Assembly (NCBI GenBank): GCA_050250375.1
Contig: JBFWOS010000001.1
Span: 91,346 to 155,345 of the forward strand
Direction of reading: 5' to 3'
Length of the DNA: 64,000 bases
Source: Candidatus Omnitrophota bacterium
GTDB taxonomy: Bacteria > Omnitrophota > Gorgyraeia > Zapsychrales > Zapsychraceae
A program made the translations under genes and the position numbers. Every line of letters starts with the position of its first letter. Positions within the stretch are counted from its first letter, which is position 1. The notes below the pieces were generated by a model, which was not told the origin of the DNA, searched no databases, and worked only from the letters and a program-made list of their open reading frames with translations. Below, one piece after another: positions 10,527 through 20,149 of this stretch.

Positions 10527-10955
10527 TTAAATATCAAATGTGACCAGATTTTTTTTATCCCGGTGCCGCCGGCAGATCTCTTCATAATTTATTTCTTCCA
10601 GCGTTTTCAGCACCGCCTGGTCAACCTCTTCCCACACTAAATCCATAATATGACTCTTGCCGGTTGCAGAACGATGGTCTGCGGCACAATATCCGATACT
10701 GCCCAGATCGGTGATTAATCGGTCAAGACCGATGCTCTGCGGTTCTTTGGCTAACAGATACCCTCCGTTTTTTCCCCGGATACTTTCAGTATATCCTAAT
10801 TGTTTTAGGGAGATGAGAATCTGGGTCAAAAATTGAACAGGAATACCTTGTTTATCGGCAATAACACTGATCGGAAGCGGTTCTTTATTGGGCCAATGCA
10901 AAGAAAGCTCCAAGAGAGCTTTGCAGGCATAATCGATTTTAGCTGAAATCCGCAT
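10527..10955 (-). CDS. Rrf2-family transcriptional regulator (CymR/IscR-like, without a three-Cys cluster)
   Basis: N-terminal MRISAKIDYACKALLELS winged-helix signature of Rrf2. 142 aa. Sits immediately upstream of cysH. Confidence 0.82.
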   Translation of the reverse strand: MRISAKIDYACKALLELSLHWPNKEPLPISVIADKQGIPVQFLTQILISLKQLGYTESIRGKNGGYLLAKEPQSIGLDRLITDLGSIGYCAADHRSATGKSHIMDLVWEEVDQAVLKTLEEINYEEICRRHRDKKNLVTFDI

Positions 10956-10996
10956 GGTCTTTAATCCTAACTAACTTGATCATTTTAGTAAGGATA

Positions 10997-12052
10997 TCAC
11001 TCTTCCAGCAATTTGTCAACAATTCGTGCGCTTCCGGAAGGCATCGGATAATCTTTAAGATTTTTATGGCTGACCCATTTTCGGGCCGAATTCATCACGG
11101 GATTCGTTTTAAACCGGCAACGAAACACGTGCAATTGGACCCGAAAATGGGTGTAATAATGCTTTAATTGCATCATCGGCAATTCCCCATCGACCTCAAC
11201 ACCGACCTCTTCCCTTAATTCCCGCTTTAACGCCTGCAGTGGCGTTTCCCCGGATTCAATTTTTCCGCCTGGAAATTCCCATAAATCTGCCAACAGCCCC
11301 TTGGAGGAGCGCTTCTGGATATAATATTTTCCCCGGTGTTCGACCACCCCAACGGATACGTCCAACTCCTGGATCACCTTCTTTTTCGGGGTAGGGATAA
11401 TTTCCTGAATGCCTTGTTCATTAGCCAGGCAAACCTTCCGCAGCGGGCAGGCATTACAAACCGGTTCTTTACTCTTACAGACCAGCGCCCCCAATTCCAT
11501 CAGGGCCTGGTTAAACGTCCGTAAATTTTTCCCGGGCATAATCTCTAAAAGATACCGGACGATCACCGGATCGTTTTTAATATCCGCGGTCCCTTCCAGC
11601 GCTAATAAACGCATAATCACTCGTCTGACGTTGGCATCCACAATCGGCACCCTTTGATCAAAGGCAATACTCAGCACGGCCCCGGTCGTATAGGCCCCGA
11701 ATCCAGGCAGTTTTCTCAACTCGTCAAATGTCTCCGGTATTTTTCCGGCATAATTCTGGCAGATTATCACGGCCGCTTTGTGCAGATTCTTGGCCCGCTG
11801 ATAATATCCTAAGCCCTGCCACATCTTGAGAATTTTCTGTTCCGGAGACCGCGCGACATCGTCCACGGTTGGAAACTGTTTGACCCAGCGTTCATAATAG
11901 GGAATTACCGCATTGACGGTTGTCTGCTGCAGCATGACTTCCGAAATCCAGATCTTATAAGGATCCCTGGTTAACCGCCAGGGTAAGTCGCGGGCATTGG
12001 TTCTGTACCAGGCATTCAGCTGCCGGGCGATGGATGAATGACTTTCGGGCAT
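10997..12052 (-). CDS. mutY: A/G-specific adenine DNA glycosylase MutY
   Basis: HhH-GPD glycosylase fold. FeS loop CKSKEPVCNACPLRKVC (Cx6Cx2Cx5C). C-terminal NUDIX-like MutY domain. Confidence 0.85.
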   Translation of the reverse strand: MPESHSSIARQLNAWYRTNARDLPWRLTRDPYKIWISEVMLQQTTVNAVIPYYERWVKQFPTVDDVARSPEQKILKMWQGLGYYQRAKNLHKAAVIICQNYAGKIPETFDELRKLPGFGAYTTGAVLSIAFDQRVPIVDANVRRVIMRLLALEGTADIKNDPVIVRYLLEIMPGKNLRTFNQALMELGALVCKSKEPVCNACPLRKVCLANEQGIQEIIPTPKKKVIQELDVSVGVVEHRGKYYIQKRSSKGLLADLWEFPGGKIESGETPLQALKRELREEVGVEVDGELPMMQLKHYYTHFRVQLHVFRCRFKTNPVMNSARKWVSHKNLKDYPMPSGSARIVDKLLEE

Positions 12053-12058
12053 ATGTAA

Positions 12059-12424
12059 TCAGGTTGATTGAATCAGATCACTAAAGAGATCGACCATCCC
12101 GGGATGCTGTCCCACCGGACGGCTGACCTTTATGCGGACGGACGGATATTTTTGACGGCATTGCTCAACGATCACCGGGATATCTTCATCGACATGCCGG
12201 CCGGAATTGAGAAAATTAAGCAAGACGGCAATTTCGTCCGCCCCTTGTTTAACACAGCGGTCTATTCCTTCAGGAATACTGGGGCTCTCTATTTCTAAAA
12301 ACGCGTATTCCAAAATATTAAAATCCGTCTTGCCTTTCAGATGTTCGAGTAATTGTACAACTTCCTCTTTTGTTTTCGACGATCGGCTTCCATGGGATAT
12401 CACCAGAACCGCTTTTTTCAGCAT
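12059..12424 (-). CDS. cbiX: Sirohydrochlorin chelatase, small CbiX(S)/SirB-like form
   Basis: 121 aa. MLKKAVLVISHGSRS...H pattern typical of short CbiX chelatases. Confidence 0.65.
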   Translation of the reverse strand: MLKKAVLVISHGSRSSKTKEEVVQLLEHLKGKTDFNILEYAFLEIESPSIPEGIDRCVKQGADEIAVLLNFLNSGRHVDEDIPVIVEQCRQKYPSVRIKVSRPVGQHPGMVDLFSDLIQST

Positions 12425-13296
12425 TGAATGGTCCTAACGGGTAATTTGGATATCGAGATCTTTAGTTCCTGCCCATATGTAAACGGCAAAATCCGGCTTG
12501 TTCCATCAATGTATACATTTCCCTGAGGCATCAATGATGTGATCTTGACGGACTGTGTGCGGCCCAGAATACCGCCCTTTAACCGGTATGCCCCGTTTAA
12601 TCCTTCATACAATTCCCGCGGCATATACTGCATATCCGGCGAATACGGGTCTAGTTGTTCCCCCCCGGCCGAACGGATCGCCCCCGAACTTCCGGTCGCC
12701 GTTGAAACCCAGATTCCGGAACTTCTCTGTTCTTCTTCCACTTTATTAATATTCAAGACGTACCGGCTCAGGACGGCCGGATTTGAGTGCGCGATCAGGG
12801 CGTCATTAAGCACGTTAACACCGCTCCCTCCATCCAGGGATAAAGACAATCGGTGCAGATCCTTTTGGATATAGTCTCCTGTTTTCAGTTTTGTGATAAT
12901 CTGATCAAAATTATTGATATTCCCCGCACATAATCGGCCAACGCTATAGGTTAACGAAGAATTTACACCGATAATGATCTGATCACGCGCGGAAGCAGCC
13001 GCCCTCAGGAACGTACCGTCTCCTCCCACCGTAATGATTTTATCGAATTCATTAAAAGGAACCTGTCCTTCCCGAAAATAATATTTCGCGGGAATGTCGT
13101 GTTTTTTCAGGACGTCTTTTATATAGTTAAAAGTGTTTGAATGCTCTTCGTCCGCTTTTTTAAACCGGATCAGCTGGGACTTTAACAATCGGCTGGCCGG
13201 CTCCGCGGTTCCGATGATATTTTTCTCTTTATAAATGGAAAAAACTGTTTTTTTATACAGAACTAATACTTTTTTCATAACCTTATACCGCGTCAA
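12418..13296 (-). CDS. nadK: NAD kinase
   Basis: GGDGTFLRAA (GGDGT motif) and an NAD-kinase C-terminal fold. Overlaps cbiX by 7 nt. Confidence 0.85.
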   Translation of the reverse strand: MTRYKVMKKVLVLYKKTVFSIYKEKNIIGTAEPASRLLKSQLIRFKKADEEHSNTFNYIKDVLKKHDIPAKYYFREGQVPFNEFDKIITVGGDGTFLRAAASARDQIIIGVNSSLTYSVGRLCAGNINNFDQIITKLKTGDYIQKDLHRLSLSLDGGSGVNVLNDALIAHSNPAVLSRYVLNINKVEEEQRSSGIWVSTATGSSGAIRSAGGEQLDPYSPDMQYMPRELYEGLNGAYRLKGGILGRTQSVKITSLMPQGNVYIDGTSRILPFTYGQELKISISKLPVRTIQC

Positions 13297-13948
13297 ATAC
13301 GATATTATTATTTAAATCCTTAATCGACCGAAACACGGCATCCGCCTGACTTAAATATTCCCTGGGCAGCGATGTCTCAAGAGCAAAACACTTAAGACCG
13401 GCCGCCTTGGCGGACTGTATCCCGTAAGGGGCATTCTCGATCACGACCGCATCCCTGGCCTTAACGCCTAACTTTTGAACCGCCTGATGAAATGGTTCCG
13501 GATGGGGTTTCCCATATTGAACATCATTTCCGGTCACCGTTACCGCAAACAGCCTAAATAAATGATCCGGCAAAATCCGGTGCAATTCATGCCTCGCTGT
13601 ACCGGTTACCAGGGCCAGCTTCACATCAAGCCTGTAGAGTTTCTTTAACAACGTTCTTGAACCTGAAATAAACCGTTGTTTTGCGTTCAGTTTAAATAAC
13701 TCTTCTTTCGCCGATAATATTTTCCTGCCTTCTTCACTATTATAAGGCACATTGTATTTCTGATATATTTCTTTCAGGGCTTCTTCCCCGGGCTGACCTT
13801 CTCTTGAATATATGTCGTGATGGGTGACCTGGATCTTATTTAAATGCAGTATTTTTTTCCAGGCCAAATAGTGATCCGGCATGGTATTGGTGATCACACC
13901 ATCCATATCAAAGATGACCGCTTTTATCCGACAAATATTCTTAGACAT
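13283..13948 (-). CDS. HAD-superfamily hydrolase (beta-phosphoglucomutase/phosphatase-like)
   Basis: AVIFDMDGVITNT motif I, downstream K and DD motifs. Overlaps the nadK start by 14 nt. Confidence 0.75.
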   Translation of the reverse strand: MSKNICRIKAVIFDMDGVITNTMPDHYLAWKKILHLNKIQVTHHDIYSREGQPGEEALKEIYQKYNVPYNSEEGRKILSAKEELFKLNAKQRFISGSRTLLKKLYRLDVKLALVTGTARHELHRILPDHLFRLFAVTVTGNDVQYGKPHPEPFHQAVQKLGVKARDAVVIENAPYGIQSAKAAGLKCFALETSLPREYLSQADAVFRSIKDLNNNIVFDAV

Positions 13949-14018
13949 TCCACAGAGGTTATTTGAATGGGATTGAACTATGATTATAAGAAAACTTAGT
14001 ATTAAAATAAACTGAAAT

Positions 14019-14780
14019 TTATAGTTTTACAATGGATAATTCCTGGACAGCCGCCGATAAGGTCTCTGAGGCAGAAGCTTCAATTTTCAGGTCAGCAATC
14101 CCGTCTAAGGGCGTTTCGGATAACGTAATGATGACCAGGGCCGCTCCGGCCCGTTTGGCCATCCGGGGAAGACTGGCGGCGGGTTCAACCACCAGCGTTG
14201 AACCAACCGCAATAAACAAATCACAATCGCCGCTGAACTGTACCGCTTGATCCAAAGTCCAAGGGTCAATCCTTTGACCAAAAGAAATCGTGTTTGGTTT
14301 TAAAAACCCGCTGCAATCCAGGCATATGGGAGCAGATTCACCATCTTTTAATCGTTGATAAACTTCTTGCCAGGGGAACAGTTTTCGGCAGGACAAACAA
14401 CTGACCTCACGGTTAGTCCCGTGTAATTCAATCACCCGATTCGGATGACTGCCGGCTAATTGATGCAGTCCGTCAATATTCTGCGTTATAACCGCTGTTA
14501 GCTTACCGGATTGTTCCATTTTTACAATAGAGTAATGCCCCGGATTCGGCACGGCTTTCACCAAAGACTCGTAGAGCTCCATCTTATAATTCCAGTATTC
14601 AACGCGTTTTTGATCGTCAGACAGAAACTCCTGGTAGGTTACCGGCGCGTGGCGCCCCCAAAAACCTCCTTTGCTGCGATAGTCACTGATTCCGCTTTCT
14701 GTGGAGATTCCGGCCCCGGTGAAAACGACTAATTTTTTAGATGTCTTGATTAAATATTTAAGGCGGGTTAATGCGTCCAA
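14019..14780 (-). CDS. cobB: NAD-dependent protein deacylase of the Sir2 family (CobB-like)
   Basis: VVFTGAGISTESGISDYR Rossmann motif, zinc ribbon CLSC...CLDC, catalytic H in LHG. Confidence 0.85.
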   Translation of the reverse strand: MDALTRLKYLIKTSKKLVVFTGAGISTESGISDYRSKGGFWGRHAPVTYQEFLSDDQKRVEYWNYKMELYESLVKAVPNPGHYSIVKMEQSGKLTAVITQNIDGLHQLAGSHPNRVIELHGTNREVSCLSCRKLFPWQEVYQRLKDGESAPICLDCSGFLKPNTISFGQRIDPWTLDQAVQFSGDCDLFIAVGSTLVVEPAASLPRMAKRAGAALVIITLSETPLDGIADLKIEASASETLSAAVQELSIVKL

Positions 14781-15206
14781 TTATCGTGAGTTTTGCCGAC
14801 TTCTCATCTGGTTCAACCTTATTTCCATGGCTTGTTTTTTTAATTCCATATTTTGTTTTCTTTGCTCAAGCGCCCTCTTTTTTTCAGCATCTGCAAGTTC
14901 CCTTTTTTGTTTCCTTAAGGCCTTAGCTAAATCCTTTTGGGCTTTTTTCATCTCCAGATTATTTTCAGTCTGAACTTTCCTAACTTCTTCCATCATTTTT
15001 TTTTGTTTTTCACTTTCTCTACTTTTCTTAATTTCTTCAATAAACTCCTGCTGACGTTCCGGTGAGGCATCATACCACTTTCGGCCAGTTAGTTTTTCAA
15101 AACGATATTTGACATACAAAGGAACTTCGCTATCCGCCAGAACCGTTTTCGCTTCCATAACACACAAAAAAATGAATACTGCCAACATTAATCGCCCTAT
15201 TTTCAT
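14781..15206 (-). CDS. Secreted K/E-rich coiled-coil protein, hypothetical
   Basis: Signal peptide MKIGRLMLAVFIFLCVMEA, then a charged helical region. Strong SD (AAAAGGAGG) upstream. Stop abuts the cobB start. Confidence 0.5.
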   Translation of the reverse strand: MKIGRLMLAVFIFLCVMEAKTVLADSEVPLYVKYRFEKLTGRKWYDASPERQQEFIEEIKKSRESEKQKKMMEEVRKVQTENNLEMKKAQKDLAKALRKQKRELADAEKKRALEQRKQNMELKKQAMEIRLNQMRSRQNSR

Positions 15207-15395
15207 GAGTATAAAGGCCTCCTTTTATATTAGTATAACACAGTGCCCCAGTACTGCCTACCTAAACTTTGCCTTTGCCAGATCAATGGCGAATAATTCA
15301 CTCGAGCGCTGAAAATGCTTATATTCACAAAAATCTGTCGTTTTCACAACTACTTGATAAGACTATATATAGATGGATTCCTACAATTCCGAATT

Positions 15396-16886
15396 TCATT
15401 CATTATGATTTAACCAATCGGCGACATCTTGGGAATATTGGGCGGGTATATTGTTCCGGTTAATTATTTCCCGGTCAACTAAATCAATATCCTGATTGCT
15501 GAGAATATATTTTGTTCCGCCTTTTGTCTCCACAATTGTAAAAGGCTTGGCTTTCTTCACCTTATCAAGCAACAAAACAAACTCTCTAAACGAACTAAAC
15601 CCTTCTCCGTTCACCTTTGAAACTATTTCATTGCCTTGCCCGTGATAACCGGCATTAATGTCATCTGACAATACATTCAATAAAACAACCAGTTCCCGGT
15701 CAAACTCAAGATTTAAGCGGCCATCTCCCAACAAAAAATAGGTCATATTGACCGGGGCCTGTTCCCACCAGCGTTTCCCCCAGGACATTAACAAATCAGA
15801 ACTGAGGATCGTAAAGACAAGGCCTCCATGTATATAGTACGTCGGCACTTGAATGTCATTAGGAAAAGGAATTAAATTGATAAAGGGAATTAACTTAAAC
15901 GAAAGGCTTTCTGTCTTGGCATGACGCATGATCGTAAAATTTACGGATTCATTGATCTGTTTTTTGGAAATCAGATATGGGAGGGTTAATCGTTCGTTCC
16001 CGCGAAAATCGAAAGTACCGTCTTCACCAATCTTGACTCCATCAACTTCAAGAATCACGTCTTCTTCCTGAAGATTACCGTAAGCCGATGAATAAGGAAG
16101 CAGTTTTGTGACAACAACACCACCCTCCACTTTATCAAGGCCGTAATAACGACGCATGTTTGTATTTTCTGTGTTCATATAATTCAAACCGATCATGGGG
16201 AACCCGTCATATTTCCCATCCTTCAAATCTTCAAAAAAGTGGTTGATGATCGGAACCGGAATCATATACCCGATATTCTGACCCGCATTCAATACCTGCA
16301 TGGCTATACCGACCAGCTTACCGTCTTGAACGACCGGACCACCGCTGTTCCCCGGATTAATGGCCGCGTCAATTTGAACCGCTAACAATTGCCTGGCACT
16401 TTGTGAATACGAAGAAACTTCAATCCTGGAAACCACTCCTTCAGTAATGGATAACTTTTCTCCACCCTGCGGAAAACCAATGACCGTGACGGTATCCTGC
16501 AATTGCGGTAAATCACCCATTTTCAAAGGCCGCGTGCCCTCGAAAAATTTTTGATCAACAACTTCAAGCATCGCCAAGTCACAGTCTTGAGCGATCGCAA
16601 CCACTTTCGCGGTGTATTTTTTTGGATCAGCATGTTTCTTAACTTGAATAAACGTTTGGTCGGTAACAACGTGGGCATTGGTTAAAATGCGGTTTTCTGA
16701 TATGATCGCTCCGGAACCGCTGCTTGAGGAGACACCTTGTGACTGCCAGGGGCGGTAAAAATCCATCCGGTTCGTTGTTACAAAAATCTTAACAACGGAT
16801 TCGGTGGGTTGAGCGGCAATACCAATTGAGCTGATAAAGAAGGAACTGACAACAAATAACAGTCCAATTATAATTCTATTTTGCAT
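15396..16886 (-). CDS. Trypsin-like serine protease with a PDZ domain (Deg/HtrA family), secreted
   Basis: Signal peptide. Catalytic-triad motifs LTNAHVV (His), D, and GNSGGPVV (Ser). PDZ-like segment and a C-terminal extension. Confidence 0.8.
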   Translation of the reverse strand: MQNRIIIGLLFVVSSFFISSIGIAAQPTESVVKIFVTTNRMDFYRPWQSQGVSSSSGSGAIISENRILTNAHVVTDQTFIQVKKHADPKKYTAKVVAIAQDCDLAMLEVVDQKFFEGTRPLKMGDLPQLQDTVTVIGFPQGGEKLSITEGVVSRIEVSSYSQSARQLLAVQIDAAINPGNSGGPVVQDGKLVGIAMQVLNAGQNIGYMIPVPIINHFFEDLKDGKYDGFPMIGLNYMNTENTNMRRYYGLDKVEGGVVVTKLLPYSSAYGNLQEEDVILEVDGVKIGEDGTFDFRGNERLTLPYLISKKQINESVNFTIMRHAKTESLSFKLIPFINLIPFPNDIQVPTYYIHGGLVFTILSSDLLMSWGKRWWEQAPVNMTYFLLGDGRLNLEFDRELVVLLNVLSDDINAGYHGQGNEIVSKVNGEGFSSFREFVLLLDKVKKAKPFTIVETKGGTKYILSNQDIDLVDREIINRNNIPAQYSQDVADWLNHNE

Positions 16887-16901
16887 AAAATTTGCAACGG
16901 A

Positions 16902-19382
16902 TTAGATTTTGTTTAATTGCGCTTCGCTTGTGACGACATTTTCAATGCCGGGGTCTTCATCAACTTCTGACATCTCCGGAGTACTAACTTCCATTGTCTG
17001 GATCTCACCCTTCAGGAATGCGTTGATGTCATCAATCTTGGTTTGCAAACTTTGAATTTCCTGCTTTACGGCCGGATTTTGCTGTTCTTCCGCTGATGAA
17101 TTCTGAAGAACGGACAACCGTTGATGAATCTCCAGCAATTGATCCTTGAGGACGACTAAGTTGTGGTGGGTTTTATCGATTACCTTAGATTTATCGTAGA
17201 GTTCGACCAATGTATTATCGAGTTGAGCCTGTATTTCGCCCATCATTTCTTCTTTTTGCTGGGCATCGTAATGTTTGTCTTTGAGTTTTAACTTATATAT
17301 TTCGAGCATCCCTTCAAGCTCTTGAATTTCCAAAACTTTTTTCTGAACCATGACACGCAAATTGTCACTCCTTAAGTCTCTTTTTTCCTTTTCTTGCTGT
17401 AACAGATCTTTGAGAAGCTCAATATGATTAATTTTTTCGCGGGAAAGACGGTCACGGGTCAGAATCTTGTCATCCAATCGGGCCAATTCCTTGGTTAAAT
17501 CATCGATCTGCTGTTTCTGGTAGTCAATATCTTGATTGGCATCCTGCAAATTCTGCTTATACAAGGTAATCATGTTGGTGACTTGTTTTAACTCCCGTTC
17601 TTTTTCCATGATAATTGAGTTTAACTCTTTTTCACGATCAGCACTGATTTTTGGCCCTTCATCCTTGCTGATATAAAAACGGTCATCATCCTTGCTTTTT
17701 TCTAACTTTCCTTTTACAGTACTGTCCAACTTGGCAATACGTTTATCTTTTTCCGATAAAACTTTATCAGAACTTGCCAACTTTTCCCGGTATTCTTCCA
17801 ACACCTTATTCAAACCGGTGATTTCTTTGTCTTTCTTGGCTAATTGCTGGGCATGAATTTCGTCTTTTTGAGCCAATTCCTTTTCCAGTTTCTGTAACTT
17901 TTCCTCTTTTTCTTTTATGATATTCTGAGTCAATTCGAATCGTGATTCAAAGTCCAGGACCTGCTGATTCAACTCTTTCAAAGATTTATCTTTTTCCTCA
18001 ATTTGTTTATCTTTCATGGCCAACTCTGCCTTTTGATCCTTAATAATCTCATCCTTCTTGGCCAATTCTTTATCCGTTTCTTTCTTCTTGGTTTCATTCT
18101 GCTTTAGCTGTGCGACTTGGTAACGTAATTTCCATGCCTCATCCTGATATTTTTGCGCCTTTGACAATTCTTCTTTCAGTTTGTCCACTTCGCTTTTGAA
18201 TTTGACCATATTTTCCGATTCTTTTTTAAGTTCTTTGATCTGCCGTTGATATTCGGCGATTTCTTGATCCCTGCCTTCGAGTTTCTTTTCGATGCCTTCC
18301 CCTTTGGCCATTAAACTCTGAATTTTCTCGTCCAATTCCTTAATTTGCTTTTCTTTATCTTTGAGCTTGGTTTCTGTCTGGGCCAATTTCGATTTTAAAT
18401 CCTTAAAGTTTTTCTCAAGCCGCTGGGTTAAAAGATTCTTTGATTCAAATTCCACCAGTTCACTGCGGAGCTTGTTAATCTCACCGTTCTTTTCGGTCTC
18501 TTTCGATTTGCTTTCGGTCAATTCTAACGAAAGATCGACAATTTCTTTGGACAAATGGTCAATTTTGTCATCACGATCCTCTAAAACAAGGTGCATATCA
18601 TCTAATTTAACTTTCGCTTCGTCCAATAAAGATGTTATGCCACCGACATCCGGCAGAGTGTTCAAATTGGTTTTGGCCTGTACATCCGCGGGAACACGGT
18701 TTCCTTCCTCATCATAAAAACGTTGTTTCCGGCTGAATTCCGAGGGAGACAATAAAGCAACTTCGCCCTGGATGTATCCGTTTTTCGCATTGACTTCACG
18801 CAAACGGTTATATTGCTTCTCAAAAAGCTCAATTTCATTTTGCAGCCTTTTATTCTCAAGCTTTAAAGAGGCGTGAATCACTTTTAGAGGATCTTCCCCC
18901 TTCGCATAACGTTCCTGGATTTCCGCCTCTTCCTGGTCCAAAACAGCTTTTTGTTCTGCGTCGATGGCAACCATTTCCTGTTCAAAAAAGGACCGTTCAA
19001 AGCCTTTTTCCATCAAATCTTCACCAAGCACATTCCGTTTATACCGGAAGTAGTCACTCTTGTCCTTCAATTTTTTGGTGTACTCCAGAAGATCTTCTAA
19101 AAGGATTAAATCCATTTTTTGTGAAGCAGGCACATTCTTTTCGCGGGATAAAGACTTTAGCGCATCATGCAATTTGGGATCGTTGGGGTTTAATAAGAAT
19201 GCCCGGCTAAAATCACTGATTGCATCACTGTATTTTCCATCCCGAATCATTTTTTGGCCATGCTCATAAAAAGAATCAGCAATTTTGTCAGGGGTTTCTT
19301 GAGCGTTGGATATCTGTGGTAAAAGTATAATTAAGCCGAGTAAAACGATTCGTAGGAGTAGGGCAGTATTTTTCATGATCAA
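16902..19382 (-). CDS. Large secreted protein with TPR-like repeats and a coiled coil (826 aa), hypothetical
   Basis: Signal peptide. TPR-like N-terminal region (DAISDFSRAFLLNPNDPKLHDAL). Then ~650 aa of K/E-rich coiled coil. Confidence 0.7.
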   Translation of the reverse strand: MIMKNTALLLRIVLLGLIILLPQISNAQETPDKIADSFYEHGQKMIRDGKYSDAISDFSRAFLLNPNDPKLHDALKSLSREKNVPASQKMDLILLEDLLEYTKKLKDKSDYFRYKRNVLGEDLMEKGFERSFFEQEMVAIDAEQKAVLDQEEAEIQERYAKGEDPLKVIHASLKLENKRLQNEIELFEKQYNRLREVNAKNGYIQGEVALLSPSEFSRKQRFYDEEGNRVPADVQAKTNLNTLPDVGGITSLLDEAKVKLDDMHLVLEDRDDKIDHLSKEIVDLSLELTESKSKETEKNGEINKLRSELVEFESKNLLTQRLEKNFKDLKSKLAQTETKLKDKEKQIKELDEKIQSLMAKGEGIEKKLEGRDQEIAEYQRQIKELKKESENMVKFKSEVDKLKEELSKAQKYQDEAWKLRYQVAQLKQNETKKKETDKELAKKDEIIKDQKAELAMKDKQIEEKDKSLKELNQQVLDFESRFELTQNIIKEKEEKLQKLEKELAQKDEIHAQQLAKKDKEITGLNKVLEEYREKLASSDKVLSEKDKRIAKLDSTVKGKLEKSKDDDRFYISKDEGPKISADREKELNSIIMEKERELKQVTNMITLYKQNLQDANQDIDYQKQQIDDLTKELARLDDKILTRDRLSREKINHIELLKDLLQQEKEKRDLRSDNLRVMVQKKVLEIQELEGMLEIYKLKLKDKHYDAQQKEEMMGEIQAQLDNTLVELYDKSKVIDKTHHNLVVLKDQLLEIHQRLSVLQNSSAEEQQNPAVKQEIQSLQTKIDDINAFLKGEIQTMEVSTPEMSEVDEDPGIENVVTSEAQLNKI

Positions 19383-19557
19383 TCGTAAATCCTTTATTTA
19401 GTAGTCAATTAGTTTACCTTCAAATGAAAGTAAGTATACCACCTTATTCACGATTCATCAAGGACACAAAACATACGCAAGCCATTCATTTGCATGTGTT
19501 TACATTAAAACTATATTAAAATATTATTTAATTTTCTTCTCGTTTATAATAATACTA

Positions 19558-20112
19558 TTATATGGCCTTGCTCATTTTCCTTTTTTTCTTTCTTTTAAGC
19601 TTCGGCCAGGCATCTTCAATTAAAATAAATCCAACACATCGTTCGGTCCCGCAATTGCAAGGATGATCTTCGTGATCCTCCCACGAATAATTGTAATTAT
19701 ATGTAATTTCTTCACCTTTTTTTATGTCCTTAATCGCGATAATCCAGACATGTCCTTTAATAATTTCAGATTCGCAGTTGGGGTCACAGGAATGATTGAT
19801 GAAACGGGCCGTGTTGTAATCAAAATATCCATCCAGGTCGTAACGTTTGTTAAGTTCAAAAAGATAAACTGCTCCCATTTCCTCATTATCAGCGTTATTC
19901 TCAAGCGGTTTTTGAGCCCTTCGATCGGACTCCTTTTTTGTTACCTTCTCCCCCACATATTCAATGATCCGTGTTCCTTTTTTTATGTTTACACTCGCGT
20001 AAATTCCTGTTCCATGAATGGCCGATTTGCGAAGCTTTATGTACGGGCTGGTCATTTTTTTGATAGTCATGTAGATATCCCAATTTAATCGGTTAAAAAT
20101 ATTATCATACAA
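19558..20112 (-). CDS. SET-domain protein (putative protein lysine methyltransferase)
   Basis: 184 aa with RFINHSCDPNC (NHSCxPN SET signature), Y in EITYNY, and a post-SET Cys cluster CNCGTERC. Confidence 0.8.
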   Translation of the reverse strand: MYDNIFNRLNWDIYMTIKKMTSPYIKLRKSAIHGTGIYASVNIKKGTRIIEYVGEKVTKKESDRRAQKPLENNADNEEMGAVYLFELNKRYDLDGYFDYNTARFINHSCDPNCESEIIKGHVWIIAIKDIKKGEEITYNYNYSWEDHEDHPCNCGTERCVGFILIEDAWPKLKRKKKRKMSKAI

Positions 20113-20149
20113 AACTTTTTAAATTAAACAACGATTGATTGAACTTTCT

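Noticed and set aside
14019-14780. Sir2 domain as a possible anti-phage defence component (Thoeris/DSR-like)
   Set aside because: The protein has the full CobB-type architecture, with the zinc ribbon CxxC...CxxC and the GAGIS motif, and normal size. It is not fused to SLOG/TIR/HerA partners, so it is a housekeeping sirtuin.
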